Assembly (NCBI GenBank): GCA_964385105.1
Contig: CAYLMU010000001.1
Coordinates: 2,252 to 66,251 of the forward strand
Reading direction: 5' to 3'
DNA from: an uncultured Candidatus Saccharibacteria bacterium
Lineage (GTDB): Bacteria; Patescibacteriota; WWE3; UBA101185; UBA10185
Length of the DNA: 64,000 nucleotides
This document shows, in pieces, positions 62,562-64,000 of this stretch. Within the stretch, counting starts at the first letter, position 1. Every line of letters starts with the position of its first letter. A program made the position numbers and the translations under genes. Below the pieces are notes generated by a model. The model was not told the DNA's origin and searched no databases. It saw nothing but the letters and a program-made list of their open reading frames with translations.

Positions 62562-62955
62562 GGTTATCTATTGCTAAATTCACGAGTTCGTCAGCACGCT
62601 TATTTTTTTCGCGTTTTACATGATTGTAAGATATTTGAGAAAAATAAGGCTCGAATTCTTTAATTTGATCAAAAAAAAGCTTGAGATTATGATTTCGTAT
62701 TTTATACTCACCGCGTAATTGTTTAACAACAAGTTCGCTATCTAAATAACAGTTTAATTCTCTTACATTTTGTTTAGCACTAAGTTGTAACCCAGTGAGC
62801 AAAGCCGTGTACTCAGCCTCATTGTTTGTTTTTTTGCCTAAATAATCACAGTGTTCATAAACCACCTTATTATGTTCATCAAGCAAAACAATTCCAATTC
62901 CGGCAGGACCGGGATTACCTCTTGCACCGCCATCTGTAAATAGAGAATAAGCCAT
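62545..62955 (-). CDS. rnhA: ribonuclease HI
   Basis: TDGGARGNPGPAG, ...NEAEY..., ...D..NLAID RNase H catalytic DEDD layout; 17-nt overlap with downstream NTase gene. Confidence 0.85.
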   Translation of the reverse strand: MAYSLFTDGGARGNPGPAGIGIVLLDEHNKVVYEHCDYLGKKTNNEAEYTALLTGLQLSAKQNVRELNCYLDSELVVKQLRGEYKIRNHNLKLFFDQIKEFEPYFSQISYNHVKREKNKRADELVNLAIDNHVKQK

Positions 62956-62986
62956 AAATTTTATTATACATTAAGAAAAAAGGTGG

Positions 62987-64000
62987 TTATTTTTTAACAA
63001 GGTCAAATAATGCTTTGGAATCAGGTGTGTATTTTATGGCAATGTACCCCGGCGCGCGTAAATTAAATGCTTTCATAAATAATTGCCCGTCAACTGTATA
63101 GCTTCCCTGATCTGTTGAAAAGGTAATGCTTGTGGTTTTTCCGTCGCCAAACTTTACACCAGAAACCCCCGAAACCTTTGAAAACCCTTGACCTGCATCT
63201 TTAGCTTTTTCACGAAGCTCACTTTTTGAGTAAGGCTTACCGCTAAATCCGCTAATAGAACACTTGTTTATAGTCTCAGGAACAACTCTTTCGGTGTTTT
63301 TTCCTTCTTTGAGCAGTACATAAGCATTTAGTATATCTGCCATTTCTTCTCCGTTAAGCCAAGGGTGATTACGTCCGCAGGTAGAGGAGTTTTTATTTGT
63401 TGATTGGGTAAACCATGCTTTGTAAAACCATGGTGATTTGCCTTTTTTCTCATATGAGTCATTAGGCCAGCTTCCGTCCACATCCCAGCCCACACCGTTA
63501 ATCCAACCGCCGGTTGTAGATGAATACTGTGAAGAAACATCTCCTTTTAACACTTCGCTATCTGTTTCTTTAATGGCATCGTACCATCGCTCCCGGTCTG
63601 AACGATTTACAAGGTCTTTATGAAAATATTGGCAATTTGTTGATGTGCAAATACAATTTCCGTTTTTTGTATATCTGTAAGCATACGTTCTGGCAGCCAC
63701 AGCCTGTGCTTTTAACGCCTCTTTATGCCAAGAGGGAGGCATTTCTCCTAAACCCTTTAAATATTCTCCCATTTTCATTTCACCGACACCAGTTATACAT
63801 ATTTTTTTATCATCAAGGTCATCTTTTTCTTCAACATCAGTTTTGTAATAAAACTTAAGGATTTTTTCATAACTTTGACCATCTTCAGCTCGTCCACGGG
63901 CTCCGTACTGACTCATTCCGTTTCTGTGCGTATAGGCGCCATAACTAAATGCGGCAAATGCCGGGCTAAATCCGGGATTATAGCTAATTGAGGCTCTTGG
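62987..64000 (-). CDS. SpoIID/LytB-domain protein (N-terminus beyond window end)
   Basis: ...HRNGMSQYGARG..., LKAQAVAARTYA SpoIID motifs; minus-strand frame open to position 64000. Confidence 0.75.
   Translation of the reverse strand, partial: PRASISYNPGFSPAFAAFSYGAYTHRNGMSQYGARGRAEDGQSYEKILKFYYKTDVEEKDDLDDKKICITGVGEMKMGEYLKGLGEMPPSWHKEALKAQAVAARTYAYRYTKNGNCICTSTNCQYFHKDLVNRSDRERWYDAIKETDSEVLKGDVSSQYSSTTGGWINGVGWDVDGSWPNDSYEKKGKSPWFYKAWFTQSTNKNSSTCGRNHPWLNGEEMADILNAYVLLKEGKNTERVVPETINKCSISGFSGKPYSKSELREKAKDAGQGFSKVSGVSGVKFGDGKTTSITFSTDQGSYTVDGQLFMKAFNLRAPGYIAIKYTPDSKALFDLVKK

Overview
This 64 kb window is AT-rich, densely coding, and reads as a small-genome bacterium with many short single-domain genes. 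Several features (split transketolase, ATP-dependent LigB-type DNA ligase, RpiB-type isomerase, a domain-reduced pyruvate kinase, a short Lgt, a 610-aa AlaRS, many small membrane proteins, a free-standing LAGLIDADG endonuclease) make me infer a Candidate Phyla Radiation/Patescibacteria-like organism. That placement is inference from motifs only; I ran no searches. I call roughly 85 CDS, three tRNAs (Glu-CUC, Gln-CUG, Cys-GCA), one tmRNA directly after smpB, and several intrinsic terminators. I saw no rRNA, CRISPR array, transposase or integrase. Housekeeping backbone: mnmA, a P-type Ca2+-ATPase, a mutM-recF-fic operon, DNA ligase, an lgt-rpiB-rpe-LOG-tktN-tktC-pfkB-fba pentose-phosphate/glycolysis cluster, nth, pepF, smpB-ssrA, alaS and groES-groEL. 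Between these sit accessory-looking islets, mostly next to tRNA or tmRNA genes. (1) A GC-rich secreted protein with tandem 132-nt Thr/Pro repeats next to tRNA-Glu. (2) An islet around tRNA-Gln: an NYN-domain protein, an unannotated 40-aa His/Cys-rich micro-ORF with its own terminator, an FHA protein, a Doc/AbrB toxin-antitoxin pair, and a ParB-like gene broken at an A7 homopolymer. (3) A LAGLIDADG homing endonuclease wedged between tRNA-Cys and alaS. (4) An orphan DUF600-like immunity gene downstream of ssrA. (5) A translationally coupled SpoIID - RNase H - Pol-beta-like nucleotidyltransferase operon. (6) A divergent HEPN-like (Rx4H) / degenerate cytidylyltransferase pair. I also flag a riboswitch-like leader with a terminator-type attenuator, and a possible sRNA between two terminators after groEL. 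Nothing in the window matches a known defence system; the most promising novel candidates are items (2), (5) and (6).
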